Below, piece by piece: positions 22,267-32,284 of a DNA stretch of 64,000 bases. The notes beneath the pieces are model-generated. The model worked only from the letters and a program-made list of their open reading frames with translations, made no database searches and was not told where the DNA came from. Numbering within the stretch: position 1 is the first letter of the stretch; each line of letters starts with the position of its first letter. Where the stretch lies: NCBI RefSeq assembly GCF_056746865.1, contig NZ_CM163382.1; one strand, given 5' to 3'. Both the position numbers and the translations under genes were made by a program.

Positions 22267-22569
22267 ATGAAGAAGATTAAATTTACTGGCTTAAATGCCA
22301 GCGGACAGACTCACCCGAAAATCAGGATCGGGGATATTTTCCGGGATAAATATGGTGACAGCGTGGTTATTAATTCCGTGTATGAACGGCACATTACATA
22401 CCGCCGCGCAGGGTACGACTATGACTGTGTGATGCCCGTTCATCAGTTCCGGCGTGATTTTTCACTGGTATGTGCAGCACCACGCAGTAAGCCCACCAGT
22501 AAAGAGAAAGCACGGGCAAATATTCAGGTAATAAAGAACATGATTAACGCATTCAGGGGCAAGAAATGA
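22267..22569 (+). CDS. Hypothetical protein (100 aa), possibly DUF4222-like
   Basis: ORF tightly packed between neighbours. Its 3' end overlaps the primase start (ATGA). Confidence 0.5.
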   Translation: MKKIKFTGLNASGQTHPKIRIGDIFRDKYGDSVVINSVYERHITYRRAGYDYDCVMPVHQFRRDFSLVCAAPRSKPTSKEKARANIQVIKNMINAFRGKK

Positions 22570-24692
22570 AACGCGCACCGAATTTAAAGCACCAGCCGAA
22601 AGACAAAATGACGGAGGTGATTATCTTTGCGGGTAGTGATGCCTGGGCACATGCGAAAGAGTGGAGCGAATGGGCCGGAAAGCATATTGCGGCAGATGAT
22701 ACACATCCAGTTATTCTTGGACCGGAACAACTGGCGAGTCTGGCAGACACGCAAATCATCGACAAAGGGCGCTATTACGTGCGCGTTTATCGTGCTGGTG
22801 AAATATCAGAGCAGCACCTTACACAGATAGCGACACTGCTTGCAGTGGCGGGTGTGAAGGAGGCGCGTTGCTACCGCAGCTTTGTTGATCAGCAGCCGGA
22901 GGACTGGACACCGCGCATGGCTGGACTGAAGGATGATGCGGAACGCGGTAACAGTCTGGTGATCAACCTTCCGGCGAAGACAAATTTCACCGGAAATTAT
23001 GATGACGAATTAAAGCCTCGTGTTGAAAGTCGCGTCGATGGTGTTTTCTGGGTAACGCCCAAAGTGGACAAGCAGTCAGGCGAAATTATCCGGCCTGAGA
23101 CGTGGTTATGTTCTCCGCTTGAACTACTGGGAACAGGAACAATCGGCAAAGAGCATTACCGCGTGATGCGCTGGAAAAAACCAGCAAACCATGAGGTCAT
23201 TACAATGGCGGTCCCGTGCGGAGGCATTGGTGACCGTGACGGCTGGCGGTTGCTGAAAGACCACGGCCTTAACGTGACGACCAACGGCAAATACAGGGCT
23301 ATCTTGGCTGACTGGATGCAGTTAAGCGGAAACCATGAGGAATGGCAGTTAAGCACAACAACGGGGTGGCATTTTGGTGCGTACATCATGCCGGATGGTT
23401 CGATCATCGGTGAATCAGAGAAACCCATCCTGTTTACCGGAAAAACTGCCGCTGTTAATGGCTATTCCGTGGCGGGAACAGCGGAGGGCTGGCGCGATAC
23501 CGTGGCACGGCTGGCTGGTGGTAATCCGTCCATGATGCTGGGTGTGGCGGTATCGCTATCTGCACCATTAATCGGGCTGGTGGGTGCTGACGGCTTCGGG
23601 GTTCATCTTTTTGAGCAATCATCAGCAGGTAAAACCACCACACAGAACATTGCATCAAGTTTATGGGGAGAGCCGGACGCGCAACGGCTGACCTGGTACG
23701 GAACGGCGTTAGGTATCGCCAACGAGGCCGAAGCACATAATGACGGGCTGTTACCCCTGGATGAAATAGGCCAGGCCGGAAACGCACGGGAGGTGTCCAC
23801 GTCAGCCTATACGCTGTTTAACGGTTCCGGGAAATTACAGGGGGCGAAGGACGGCGGCAACAGGGAGATAAAACACTGGCGTACGGTGGCAATCAGCACC
23901 GGAGAAATGGACGTTGAAACATTCCTCAAAACGGAAGGGATAAAAATTAAAGCGGGACAGCTTGTCCGTCTGCTTAACGTACCGATGGAAAAGGCCTCGC
24001 AGTTTCACGAATACAGCACCGGAAAGGCGCACGCAGACGCGTTAAAAGATGCCTGGACAGAAAATCACGGGGCGGCAGGTCGTGAGTGGGTTAAATGGCT
24101 GGCAGGCCACCAGCAGGAGGCAAAGGACGCGGTAAGGGCATGTCGCGAGCGGTGGCGCAACCTGATACCGGAGAGCTACGGCGAGCAGGTTCACCGTGTG
24201 GGGGAAAGATTCGCCGTACTGGAGGCCGCGCTTGTGCTTTCCGGTCATGTTACAGGCTGGGATGTTCAGGCGTGCCGTGATGCAGTTCAGCATAACTTTA
24301 ATGCCTGGGTGAAGGAATTCGGCACGGGCAACAGGGAATTTAAACAGATGGTTGAACAGGCTGAGGCGTTTTTGTCGTCGTTCGGGTTCAGTCGATACCT
24401 TCCCTATCCAAACAGCGACGAGCGTGATTTACCGATTAAAGACCTTGCCGGATACAGAAAGGGGAGTATCAGAAACGAAGATGACGAGTTCCGTTTTTAC
24501 ACGTTCCCGCATGTGTTTGAGGGTGAGATAGCACAGGGATTTAATCCGTCTCACTTTGCCCGCGCGTTGAGTGCAGCCGGAATGCTGGAAGCGGGAGGCG
24601 ACCGCCGTTACAAGAAAAAGGCGCTCGGCAGGATTGGCGGGAAGCAACATATTTTTTACGTGCTGATGTTCCAGCCTGAAGCAGAAGATTAA
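22566..24692 (+). CDS. Satellite/prophage replication protein: primase-helicase with P-loop (DUF927-type)
   Basis: 708 aa. Walker A FEQSSAGKTTTQ and Walker-B-like LLPLDEIGQ. The size and its position just before the iterons match P4-alpha / PICI Pri-Rep-like proteins. Confidence 0.8.
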   Translation: MKRAPNLKHQPKDKMTEVIIFAGSDAWAHAKEWSEWAGKHIAADDTHPVILGPEQLASLADTQIIDKGRYYVRVYRAGEISEQHLTQIATLLAVAGVKEARCYRSFVDQQPEDWTPRMAGLKDDAERGNSLVINLPAKTNFTGNYDDELKPRVESRVDGVFWVTPKVDKQSGEIIRPETWLCSPLELLGTGTIGKEHYRVMRWKKPANHEVITMAVPCGGIGDRDGWRLLKDHGLNVTTNGKYRAILADWMQLSGNHEEWQLSTTTGWHFGAYIMPDGSIIGESEKPILFTGKTAAVNGYSVAGTAEGWRDTVARLAGGNPSMMLGVAVSLSAPLIGLVGADGFGVHLFEQSSAGKTTTQNIASSLWGEPDAQRLTWYGTALGIANEAEAHNDGLLPLDEIGQAGNAREVSTSAYTLFNGSGKLQGAKDGGNREIKHWRTVAISTGEMDVETFLKTEGIKIKAGQLVRLLNVPMEKASQFHEYSTGKAHADALKDAWTENHGAAGREWVKWLAGHQQEAKDAVRACRERWRNLIPESYGEQVHRVGERFAVLEAALVLSGHVTGWDVQACRDAVQHNFNAWVKEFGTGNREFKQMVEQAEAFLSSFGFSRYLPYPNSDERDLPIKDLAGYRKGSIRNEDDEFRFYTFPHVFEGEIAQGFNPSHFARALSAAGMLEAGGDRRYKKKALGRIGGKQHIFYVLMFQPEAED

Positions 24693-24716
24693 CTTCCCTG
24701 TGTGAGGTAAAAAGTT

Positions 24717-24841
24717 GCGGGTTATGCGGGTTATCCTGTGCATAAGTTAATTAACTGAATGATTAAAAAGGAAATTAATAACCCGCACGTAACCCGCAAA
24801 ACGGCAGTTATAACCCGCAAATGTGCGATTGTAACCCGCAA
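24717..24841. repeat. Iteron cluster 1 (ori/crr-like): 2 tandem TGCGGGTTA, an AT-rich spacer, then 4 inverted TAACCCGCA spaced 11/21/21 bp
   Basis: TGCGGGTTA at 24717 and 24726. TAACCCGCA at 24780, 24791, 24812 and 24833. The AT-rich core is 24745-24779. The cluster starts 25 bp after the primase stop. Confidence 0.7.
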
Positions 24842-24902
24842 AATTTCACTGTAAGAGTGTAAACAAGCGTAACTATCACGTTAAAACCGGAGAACAAACA
24901 GC

Positions 24903-25328
24903 ATGACGGCGCAAATATCAGCTTACGGGCGGCTGGTGGCTGACCCGCAGTTAAAGACCACCAGCAAGGGCACACAAATGGCGATGGCGAGTATGGCGGT
25001 CCCCCTTCCATGCAATCAGACAGATGACGGAACGGCGACGATGTGGTTATCCGTCCTGGCGTTTGGCAGACAGGCTGACGCACTGGCAAAACACCACAAA
25101 GGCGAACTGGTGAGCGTGGCCGGTAACATGCAGGTGAGCTGGTGGACGGGCCAGAACGGCGAAACGAGGCAGGGATGGCAGGTTATCGCAGACAGCGTAA
25201 TCAGTGCGCGAACGGCGCGACCGGGCGGCAAAAAAGGCCAGCAGGGGCAGGCTACTGATGCACTGAACAGGGCAAAGCAACAGACAGGCCAGCACGATGA
25301 TCCGTACGGGGACGGGATACCGTTTTAA
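24903..25328 (+). CDS. ssb: Single-stranded DNA-binding protein (OB fold) with SSB-like acidic C-terminal tip
   Basis: 141 aa. YGRLVADPQLKTTSKGTQMA... is an OB-fold pattern. A G/Q-rich linker leads to the C-terminus DDPYGDGIPF (compare E. coli SSB, ...DDDIPF). Confidence 0.7.
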   Translation: MTAQISAYGRLVADPQLKTTSKGTQMAMASMAVPLPCNQTDDGTATMWLSVLAFGRQADALAKHHKGELVSVAGNMQVSWWTGQNGETRQGWQVIADSVISARTARPGGKKGQQGQATDALNRAKQQTGQHDDPYGDGIPF

Positions 25329-25411
25329 TTCACAACAGCGAACAGAGTAATTACCCAGTGCGCCGTAAAGCCCCGTCCTTCAGGTCGGGGATATAAGGCG
25401 CGGTTTTCCAC

Positions 25412-25828
25412 CTAACTAGGTGTTTGCTGTTGTTCAATGTATTGGCGGATGATGGATATTGGCGCACCTCCGCAGCTACTGGCAAAATAGCTGGGACTCC
25501 ATAAAACGCCTTTGTAGTAATACCTGACTGCAATATCTGGTCGATCTCGTCGCAATAATCTACTCGATACGCCCTTGAGACTGTTCACCAGGGTGGATAT
25601 CGCCAATTTGGGAGGATAGTTAATTAGCAGGTGAACGTGATCTCGTTCTCCATCCATTTCAACCAGTTCAGCTTCAAAATCAGCACATACACTTGAAAAG
25701 TAAGTGCGTAGTTTTTCTATTGCGTCATGGTCAAAAATCTGGCGTCGGTACTTGGTAACAAAGACCAGGTGAACGTGCATCAGGAAGACACAGTGCCTTC
25801 CACGTCGGATATCGGTTTCTTTTTTCAT
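25412..25828 (-). CDS. tnpA: IS200/IS605 Y1 (HUH) transposase TnpA
   Basis: 138 aa from MKKETDIRRGRHCVFLMHVHLVFVTKYRR, with HUH motif HVHLL and catalytic-Tyr region SPSYFASSCGG. The longer 178-aa track ORF was rejected. Confidence 0.9.
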   Translation of the reverse strand: MKKETDIRRGRHCVFLMHVHLVFVTKYRRQIFDHDAIEKLRTYFSSVCADFEAELVEMDGERDHVHLLINYPPKLAISTLVNSLKGVSSRLLRRDRPDIAVRYYYKGVLWSPSYFASSCGGAPISIIRQYIEQQQTPS

Positions 25829-25850
25829 AGGCCAAAGTATAATTTGGCAT

Positions 25851-27059
25851 ATGAAACGACTACAAGCTTTCAAATTCCAGTTAAGACCAAATGGAAAACA
25901 GGAGCGTGAAATGAGGCGCTTCGCGGGCGCATGTCGTTTCGTTTTCAATCGTGCTCTGGCGCTTCAGAATGAGAATCATGAGGCCGGGAACAAATATATT
26001 TCTTATGCAAAGATGACTTCCTGGCTGGTTGAATGGAAAAATGCTACTGAAACGCAATGGCTTAAAGATTCTCCCTCACAGCCATTGCAGCAGTCACTGA
26101 AAGACCTTGAGCGAGCCTACAAAAATTTCTTTCAGAAGCGTGCCGCTTTTCCCCGATTCAAAAAGCGGGGACAGCATGATGCATTCCGCTATCCGCAGGG
26201 TGTTAAGCTCGATCAGGAAAACAGCCGTATTTTTCTGCCGAAACTGGGCTGGATGCGCTACCGGAACAGCCGTCAGGTCACGGGTGTTGTGAAAAATGTC
26301 ACTGTCAGCCAGTCCTGCGGTAAGTGGTACATCAGTATTCAGACAGAAAGTGAAGTATCAACTCCGGTTCACCCTTCAGCATTAATGGTCGGGCTGGATG
26401 CTGGCGTGGCTAAACTCGCCACGCTGTCAGATGGCACGGTCTTTGAGCCTGTAAACAGTTTTCATAAAAACCAGAAGAAGCTGGCGAGACTTCAGCGCCA
26501 GTTAAGCCGCAAGGTTAAATTCAGCAACAACTGGCAGAAGCAGAAACGCAAAATACAGCGACTGCATTCCCGTATCGCAAATATCCGCAGGGACTACCTT
26601 CACAAAGTCACAACGACCATCAGCAAAAACCACGCAATGATAGTCATTGAGGATTTGAAGGTCAGCAACATGTCAAAGTCAGCCTCGGGTACGGTCAGCC
26701 AGCCGGGGCGCAATGTCCGGGCAAAATCAGGTTTAAACCGTTCGATACTGGATCAGGGCTGGTATGAAATGCGCCGTCAGCTTGAGTACAAGCAGCTCTG
26801 GTGTGGCGGTCAGGTGCTTGCTGTTCCGCCAGCGTACACAAGCCAGCGTTGCGCGTGCTGTGGTCATACAGCGAAAGAAAATCGCCTGTCACAAAGTCAA
26901 TTCAGATGCCAGGTATGTGGATATACAGCGAACGCCGATGTAAACGGCGCTCGTAACATTTTAGCGGCGGGGCACGCCGTTCTTGCCTGTGGAGGGATGG
27001 TGCAGTCAGGCCGCCCGTTGAAGCAGGAACCCACCGAAATGATTCAGGCGACAGCCTGA
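25851..27059 (+). CDS. tnpB: TnpB (OrfB_IS605) RuvC-like RNA-guided nuclease
   Basis: 402 aa. RuvC triad contexts GLDAGV, VIEDLK and ADVNGARNI, plus a zinc finger CACCGH...CQVCG. All appear intact. Confidence 0.9.
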   Translation: MKRLQAFKFQLRPNGKQEREMRRFAGACRFVFNRALALQNENHEAGNKYISYAKMTSWLVEWKNATETQWLKDSPSQPLQQSLKDLERAYKNFFQKRAAFPRFKKRGQHDAFRYPQGVKLDQENSRIFLPKLGWMRYRNSRQVTGVVKNVTVSQSCGKWYISIQTESEVSTPVHPSALMVGLDAGVAKLATLSDGTVFEPVNSFHKNQKKLARLQRQLSRKVKFSNNWQKQKRKIQRLHSRIANIRRDYLHKVTTTISKNHAMIVIEDLKVSNMSKSASGTVSQPGRNVRAKSGLNRSILDQGWYEMRRQLEYKQLWCGGQVLAVPPAYTSQRCACCGHTAKENRLSQSQFRCQVCGYTANADVNGARNILAAGHAVLACGGMVQSGRPLKQEPTEMIQATA

Positions 27060-27264
27060 ACGTAGCAGGAATCCACGTCCTTCAGGGCGTGGAGGATGTC
27101 AAATATCAATGCGACGACTGGAATGTTCCAGGAAGGCACAGAGGCCACCGAAGCAACCGGATAATTTAGAAGACCTGAAACGGTCGCTTAAACGCACTGA
27201 AAAAGAAATGGGGATAGATGGGATCGGGAAATCAGTATGGCGTAACTACCAGAAGTAAGCACAG

Positions 27265-27289
27265 AGCCGGAGCAATCCGGCTTTTTTTT
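27265..27289 (+). terminator. Rho-independent terminator
   Basis: AGCCGG-AGCAAT-CCGGCT hairpin followed by T8. Confidence 0.6.
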
Positions 27290-27389
27290 GGCTGAAATCA
27301 ATCAATCTGTTTTTGTGATAGAAATATATTTATCTACCACTTTTTTCGATCAATAATGTGCATAATTTAGTCATTAAGAGGAAATTGCT

Positions 27390-27596
27390 GTGAATTGTAT
27401 TAACGACCTGAACACAGGCGATGTCAGAGGTGGTTCCGTTCATCTGGATGCACAGACCGTGATGCGCCTTAAGCAGTACAGAATCGACCATGTGAACAAT
27501 CACCCTGATCAGCCATTACCAGGCGTGGCGCAGATTGTCAGACATGCCGTAAACGCCTGGCTTAATCAGAATGGTTTTGCATCGGGGGGTGAGTAA
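27390..27596 (+). CDS. Small RHH-like protein (68 aa, GTG start) preceding the giant-protein operon
   Basis: GAGGA RBS. SVHLDAQTVMRLKQYRIDH...GVAQIVRHAVNAWL fits a strand-helix-helix pattern. Confidence 0.45.
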   Translation: MNCINDLNTGDVRGGSVHLDAQTVMRLKQYRIDHVNNHPDQPLPGVAQIVRHAVNAWLNQNGFASGGE

Positions 27597-27692
27597 TGAA
27601 TCGCTGGTACAGCATCAAAGCAGAGGGACGCCAATGTTATCTAACTCAGGTTTTATGAATTCTGACTCCCGATTCAAAATAGGAGGTTACTA

Positions 27693-30224
27693 ATGCCAGT
27701 CGTACCAACAGTATCCGGACGTCAGGTTGAGAGCCGTGGAGTTCAGTCAGCAGGCTTGCAGACGTTTTCTCAGCCAGGTATTGGTGATGCTTTTGTTCGG
27801 GCAGGGGCAGAGGCAATTGATGTTTTTGGTCAGGCAAAACAGCGTGCCAATATTGCCTTGATTCAGGAGGCATCCCTTAAACTCAGTCAGATAGGCAGTG
27901 ATCTGCTGAATAATCCTGAAACAGGATTGCTTAACCTGAAAGGGAAAAATGCTATTGGAAAAGGCCATGAGTATACACAGCAGTTTGATGCTCAGATCGA
28001 ACAACTGGCTATGTCGCTGCCGGATGAACAGGCTCGTAATGCTTTCATGCAGCAGGCGCAGCAGCAGCGTATTCAGTTCGCTACGCAGGCCGGGAGGTAC
28101 GAGATAGGGCAAATAAATGCCTACGAAGAAGGCCAGTTTCAGGCGACACTGCTGAATAATGGTAAAAATGCCTCAGCATTATATGGCGACAACGCAGCAT
28201 ACATATTGGCTAATACGCAAACTTTCCAGCAAATTGAGGATTACGGTATTGCGCATGGCTGGAGCGACGAGCAAATCCAGGCCAAGAAAATCGAGTTTAA
28301 AGAAGCAACAGCAAAAGCAACTGCTCAAAATGCTATTGGAGCAAACTATCTTCAGGTAAGACAGCAAAATGGCGAGTTAAGCGATACTGCTGCTGGATCT
28401 CGCCGTGCTGTAGCAGATAGTGGCTCTTCCGATCGTACCCGCGGTATACGCAACAATAACCCCGGCAATCTTGAATACAGCAAAACTAATCCGTGGATTG
28501 GGCAGACTGGTGATGATGGTCGCTTTGCCAAATTCGAAACCCCTGAACACGGTATTCGCGCGCTTGGTCGCAATTTGCTGTCGTATCAGCGTCAGGGTTA
28601 TGACACCATCAGCGAAATAATTAATCGCTGGGCACCGGCCAGTGATGATAATAAAACTGATGCTTATATACGGGCAGTATGTGCTCAGCTCGGTGTAACT
28701 CCTGACCAGCCGCTTGACGCATCAAATCCTGACACACTGAAATCTCTGTGCAAAGCAATTATTCATCATGAGCAAGGCAGTCAGCCGTACAGTGATCAGC
28801 AATTGGCCGCTGGCGTTAGTGCCGCACTGGGGCTTTCTCAGCTACCGACAAAAAATAAACGTTATACCGGTGTAGCCTGGTTCGATGCTTTAAGTGAATC
28901 AGATCAGGCCAGCGTGTTGCGACAGACGGATGCATTAGCCAGACAGCAGCAGGCTGAATATAGAACGATGCTCGAAAGCCGGGTTCGCGATGCAACGGCT
29001 GCGTATATGCGTGGCGTTGAATTTCCTAACCCGCCTGGTGAGGGTGAGTTCATTGCTGCTTATGGTGTCAGAGAAGGAAACCTGCGATATACCGAGTTCA
29101 GAAATTTGCAGATCGCCGGACAGTATATAGGCTCTTTCCGCAACATGCCGACAAGCAGCATTACCGCATATGTTGAGCAATTACGCCCGGATACTGGTGA
29201 GACAGGGGAGGGGTATGCGTCTCGTGCGGAGTTATTCGACCGGGTATCGGCGGCAGCCACGAAGGTAATAACCCAGAGGCAGAATAATCCGTTTAGTGCA
29301 GCGGTGGAAATCGGAGCCTATAAGCCGATCACCAGCAACAACCCTGACGACATCACTGCCGAGGTGGCTAACCGTTTCTCGTCGCAGGAAAGCTTACGCG
29401 CGTTGGGAATTAATGCCCCACTCCTCAACAGTGAAGAGGCGGCTGCGCTGGCACAGCAGGTGCGCGGCACTCAGAACGTTGACCAGACAATTAAACTGTT
29501 GCAGAGCATGGGGGAGAAGCTGCCTGCGCCAGCAATACGGCAGGTGGCATCTGTAATTGCTCCGAACAGTGCGGCAACAGCCTATTCTGCGCTGCTGCTG
29601 GGCACGCCGGATAACCAGTACGACAACACCAGGCCGACGATCCCATATAGTCAGTTCATCGGGTATAAGCCGACGATGAACAAGTACGACGTTGCAAAGG
29701 TTATTCTTTCCGGCGACCAACTACTGAATCCGACGAAGGCCATGAAGAATGCGGGCATAACTCCGGTACAGTTGCCGAGCGAAGATAAGATGAAAGACGC
29801 TTTCGACGAACAGGTAGGTAATGCATTTGCCCGTAACCCGCAGTTACGCCAGATCAGTTATAGCCTTTTCAAAGCCGCTTACGCAGGAATAGCTTATCAA
29901 TCTGGTGATGCCTCTACGGTAAGAACCAGTATGCCTGATACAGACATTGTAGCTGATGCCGTGAAGTATGCTACTGGCGGTATATACAATGGTTTTAATG
30001 GCGGCGACGTTGTAATGCCTTTTGGCATGGATAAATCTACTTTCAAAGATCGCTATACCACATCTGCGAAACAAGCACTGAAAGATGCCGGACTTAACGT
30101 AAATGCAGTGTCAAATTTCACGCCAGTTAATATCGGCAATAACCGGTATCGGCTTGTAAATGGTAGCGGACGCTGGGCAACAGATCCCAGAACCAATAAA
30201 GCTATTGTCGTGAGGGTTGAATAA
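27693..30224 (+). CDS. Large protein (843 aa); candidate phage internal-virion/ejection-type protein with an RNNNPGN-motif central domain
   Basis: Strong AGGAGG RBS. N-terminus MPVVPTVSGRQVESRGVQSAGLQ. Q/A-rich helical regions. GIRNNNPGNLEY at nt 28449-28469. No nucleotide-binding motifs seen. The function call is tentative. Confidence 0.75.
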   Translation: MPVVPTVSGRQVESRGVQSAGLQTFSQPGIGDAFVRAGAEAIDVFGQAKQRANIALIQEASLKLSQIGSDLLNNPETGLLNLKGKNAIGKGHEYTQQFDAQIEQLAMSLPDEQARNAFMQQAQQQRIQFATQAGRYEIGQINAYEEGQFQATLLNNGKNASALYGDNAAYILANTQTFQQIEDYGIAHGWSDEQIQAKKIEFKEATAKATAQNAIGANYLQVRQQNGELSDTAAGSRRAVADSGSSDRTRGIRNNNPGNLEYSKTNPWIGQTGDDGRFAKFETPEHGIRALGRNLLSYQRQGYDTISEIINRWAPASDDNKTDAYIRAVCAQLGVTPDQPLDASNPDTLKSLCKAIIHHEQGSQPYSDQQLAAGVSAALGLSQLPTKNKRYTGVAWFDALSESDQASVLRQTDALARQQQAEYRTMLESRVRDATAAYMRGVEFPNPPGEGEFIAAYGVREGNLRYTEFRNLQIAGQYIGSFRNMPTSSITAYVEQLRPDTGETGEGYASRAELFDRVSAAATKVITQRQNNPFSAAVEIGAYKPITSNNPDDITAEVANRFSSQESLRALGINAPLLNSEEAAALAQQVRGTQNVDQTIKLLQSMGEKLPAPAIRQVASVIAPNSAATAYSALLLGTPDNQYDNTRPTIPYSQFIGYKPTMNKYDVAKVILSGDQLLNPTKAMKNAGITPVQLPSEDKMKDAFDEQVGNAFARNPQLRQISYSLFKAAYAGIAYQSGDASTVRTSMPDTDIVADAVKYATGGIYNGFNGGDVVMPFGMDKSTFKDRYTTSAKQALKDAGLNVNAVSNFTPVNIGNNRYRLVNGSGRWATDPRTNKAIVVRVE

Positions 30225-32284
30225 TGTCTGATGTTTTTTCTTTGGCTCCAGAAGGTCAGGCATGGATTGACGACAAAACAGTTGCCAACCCAGCAAGGCC
30301 AGAAGACTACGATCCGACTCCCTTCCAGGGTTCAGGTACTGCACTTTTGAGCGGCGTGGCGGAGGGGGCTCTCGGTCTCGCGCAGTCTGCCGTCGGATTC
30401 AGCAAGCGTCTGATTAGCGATCCGGCATTTACCGCAGACGTGGCACCGACAGTTAATATTTTTCGGGAGATGTTCCCTGATGCTGACAAAACACTGAATG
30501 ATACATACGACACGATCGGAAAACAGTTACAGGATGCCCGCAGCTATGTGAAGCCTGATGCAGGCAGCCAGGGAATGGCGGCTGAGGTATTAAATGAGCT
30601 TGGTAAATTTGTTCCTGCAATCGGAACAACTATGTTTGGTGGTCCGCTCATCGGCGCTGCTACAGCCTTCAGTTCTACGTATGAGCAGTCCTATCAGGAT
30701 TTTAAAGGGAAGGGAGTAGACGAGGCTACAGCGCGTAACCTGGCAACGCAGCAGAGCCTTTTCAATGCTGTGGGTATGGCCTTACCCGCTGCCGTCGGCA
30801 CCACACTGGCAACGCGCATTGCCTCAGGTGTGGCAATCAACACCGGATTCGGTGGACTGAACCGTTACTCAGTAGGCGCAACACTGGAGGAAAAAGGCTA
30901 CACGGAGATGGCAAAACAGTATCGGGTATTTGACGGTCAGGCGATGTTAGTCGATGCCGTTTTAGGCGGGGTCTTTGGTGGCGTTCATCACCTGACTACC
31001 CATAATAACCATGATGGTACAGAGTCGAACATTTCTGCAGAAGAAATAAAATCAACTTTTGGTGAACATTATCAGCAATCTCCTGATGGTAACATTGAGT
31101 CAATGGTTCGTGATTTATCTGATTCAGGAGTAATAGAACTTATTAATGAACCAGCAATAAAAAATAGTGATGGAGAAATACTTCTGAATAAAGGTCATGT
31201 GACAGTAGCTTCCGGAAAAGAACCAATAATAAGAATAAATATTAATGGATTAAAAGACCATGAAGAACTGTTAGAAACCCTTCATCACGAGGCGCTTCAT
31301 CTTGAGCAGCGCCATTACCCTGACTGGAAGGCCAGAAAGCTAGCTAATGCTGTACTTAAATCTGCAAACAAGCATTCTGACTATCCTGAATTTGCATATG
31401 GGATGTCACAATATTATGAATATAAGAAAAGGGGTGAGTACCCTGAAACATATCCTGAGTGGTTGTACGCTGAAGAAGTTGCCGCACATGCAGTAAATCC
31501 ATCTCTAAAGACAAGCGTTTCATCATGGGAAAAAATTATTTCAGGTTTTAAAGCCTATATATTCAGATACAGTGGTATTCAGGTTGGAACCGTTACACCT
31601 GAGCAGTTACGGTTACTCGTAAGTATGCGTCTTCGCAATATGAAACTGGAAGCCGCAGTAGAAAAAGTTTTTGGTATCCGGGCGAGGGAAAGAATAAAAC
31701 CAAGCGATATTGATGCAGCCCACATTTTGAATGAGGGGCTTCATTACGATATTGAATCGTCACCAGTGCTTCATACCAGCAATGAGAGCATCAACAGCCA
31801 TGTTGACGCCATGGATGAAGCATACAGGCAACTTAATGATGGTCAGCCTGTAAATGTTGGGGGGATGGCGCGAGGGCTTGATGGTCCATTGCGATCAGAT
31901 ATATCTGATACTTACCAAGAGCAATACCATGAAATACAAAAGGTTTTTGAAGAAAATGGTGTCAGATACGAAACATCATCAGAGCCAATTAGTGAATCGC
32001 CTGTCCCTCGTGCTGAAAGTGCTTTCTCATCGGCTGGTGAACACAGAGGGGACATCAGCGTTGATCCAGATACAGGGCAGGTTCTCTCATCCAACAGCTA
32101 TGACCTTATGGCTGCCAGGGACATGGCTGTTGCCAATCCTGAGCTGACTATAGCTCACCCGGAAACCGGAAACCCGACAAAACTTTCTGATCTCCTGGCT
32201 GAGTTGGATGAACAGATTAAGACAGTCCAGAACGAATCGAAGGTTTATTCTGTAGCAGCAGCGTGCTTCTTGAGGAACCCATAA
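30224..32284 (+). CDS. Large protein (686 aa) with Gly/Ala-rich hydrophobic segments and an internal HExxH (zincin-like) module
   Basis: TAATG overlap with the upstream gene. Hydrophobic G/A-rich stretches (GTTMFGGPLIGAATAF, AVGMALPAAVGTTLATRIASGVAINTGFGG). HHEALH at nt 31283-31300 within an AT-rich segment. Confidence 0.75.
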   Translation: MSDVFSLAPEGQAWIDDKTVANPARPEDYDPTPFQGSGTALLSGVAEGALGLAQSAVGFSKRLISDPAFTADVAPTVNIFREMFPDADKTLNDTYDTIGKQLQDARSYVKPDAGSQGMAAEVLNELGKFVPAIGTTMFGGPLIGAATAFSSTYEQSYQDFKGKGVDEATARNLATQQSLFNAVGMALPAAVGTTLATRIASGVAINTGFGGLNRYSVGATLEEKGYTEMAKQYRVFDGQAMLVDAVLGGVFGGVHHLTTHNNHDGTESNISAEEIKSTFGEHYQQSPDGNIESMVRDLSDSGVIELINEPAIKNSDGEILLNKGHVTVASGKEPIIRININGLKDHEELLETLHHEALHLEQRHYPDWKARKLANAVLKSANKHSDYPEFAYGMSQYYEYKKRGEYPETYPEWLYAEEVAAHAVNPSLKTSVSSWEKIISGFKAYIFRYSGIQVGTVTPEQLRLLVSMRLRNMKLEAAVEKVFGIRARERIKPSDIDAAHILNEGLHYDIESSPVLHTSNESINSHVDAMDEAYRQLNDGQPVNVGGMARGLDGPLRSDISDTYQEQYHEIQKVFEENGVRYETSSEPISESPVPRAESAFSSAGEHRGDISVDPDTGQVLSSNSYDLMAARDMAVANPELTIAHPETGNPTKLSDLLAELDEQIKTVQNESKVYSVAAACFLRNP

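Larger units (their letters stand above)
25355..27109 (+). mobile_element. IS200/IS605-family insertion sequence with divergent tnpA/tnpB; ends approximate
   Basis: Subterminal imperfect hairpins CCCCGTCCTTCAGGTCGGGG (about 25370-25389) and TCCACGTCCTTCAGGGCGTGGA (27072-27093). A TTAC tetranucleotide (25351-25354) abuts the left end and TCAA motifs lie at 27099-27109. Confidence 0.65.
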
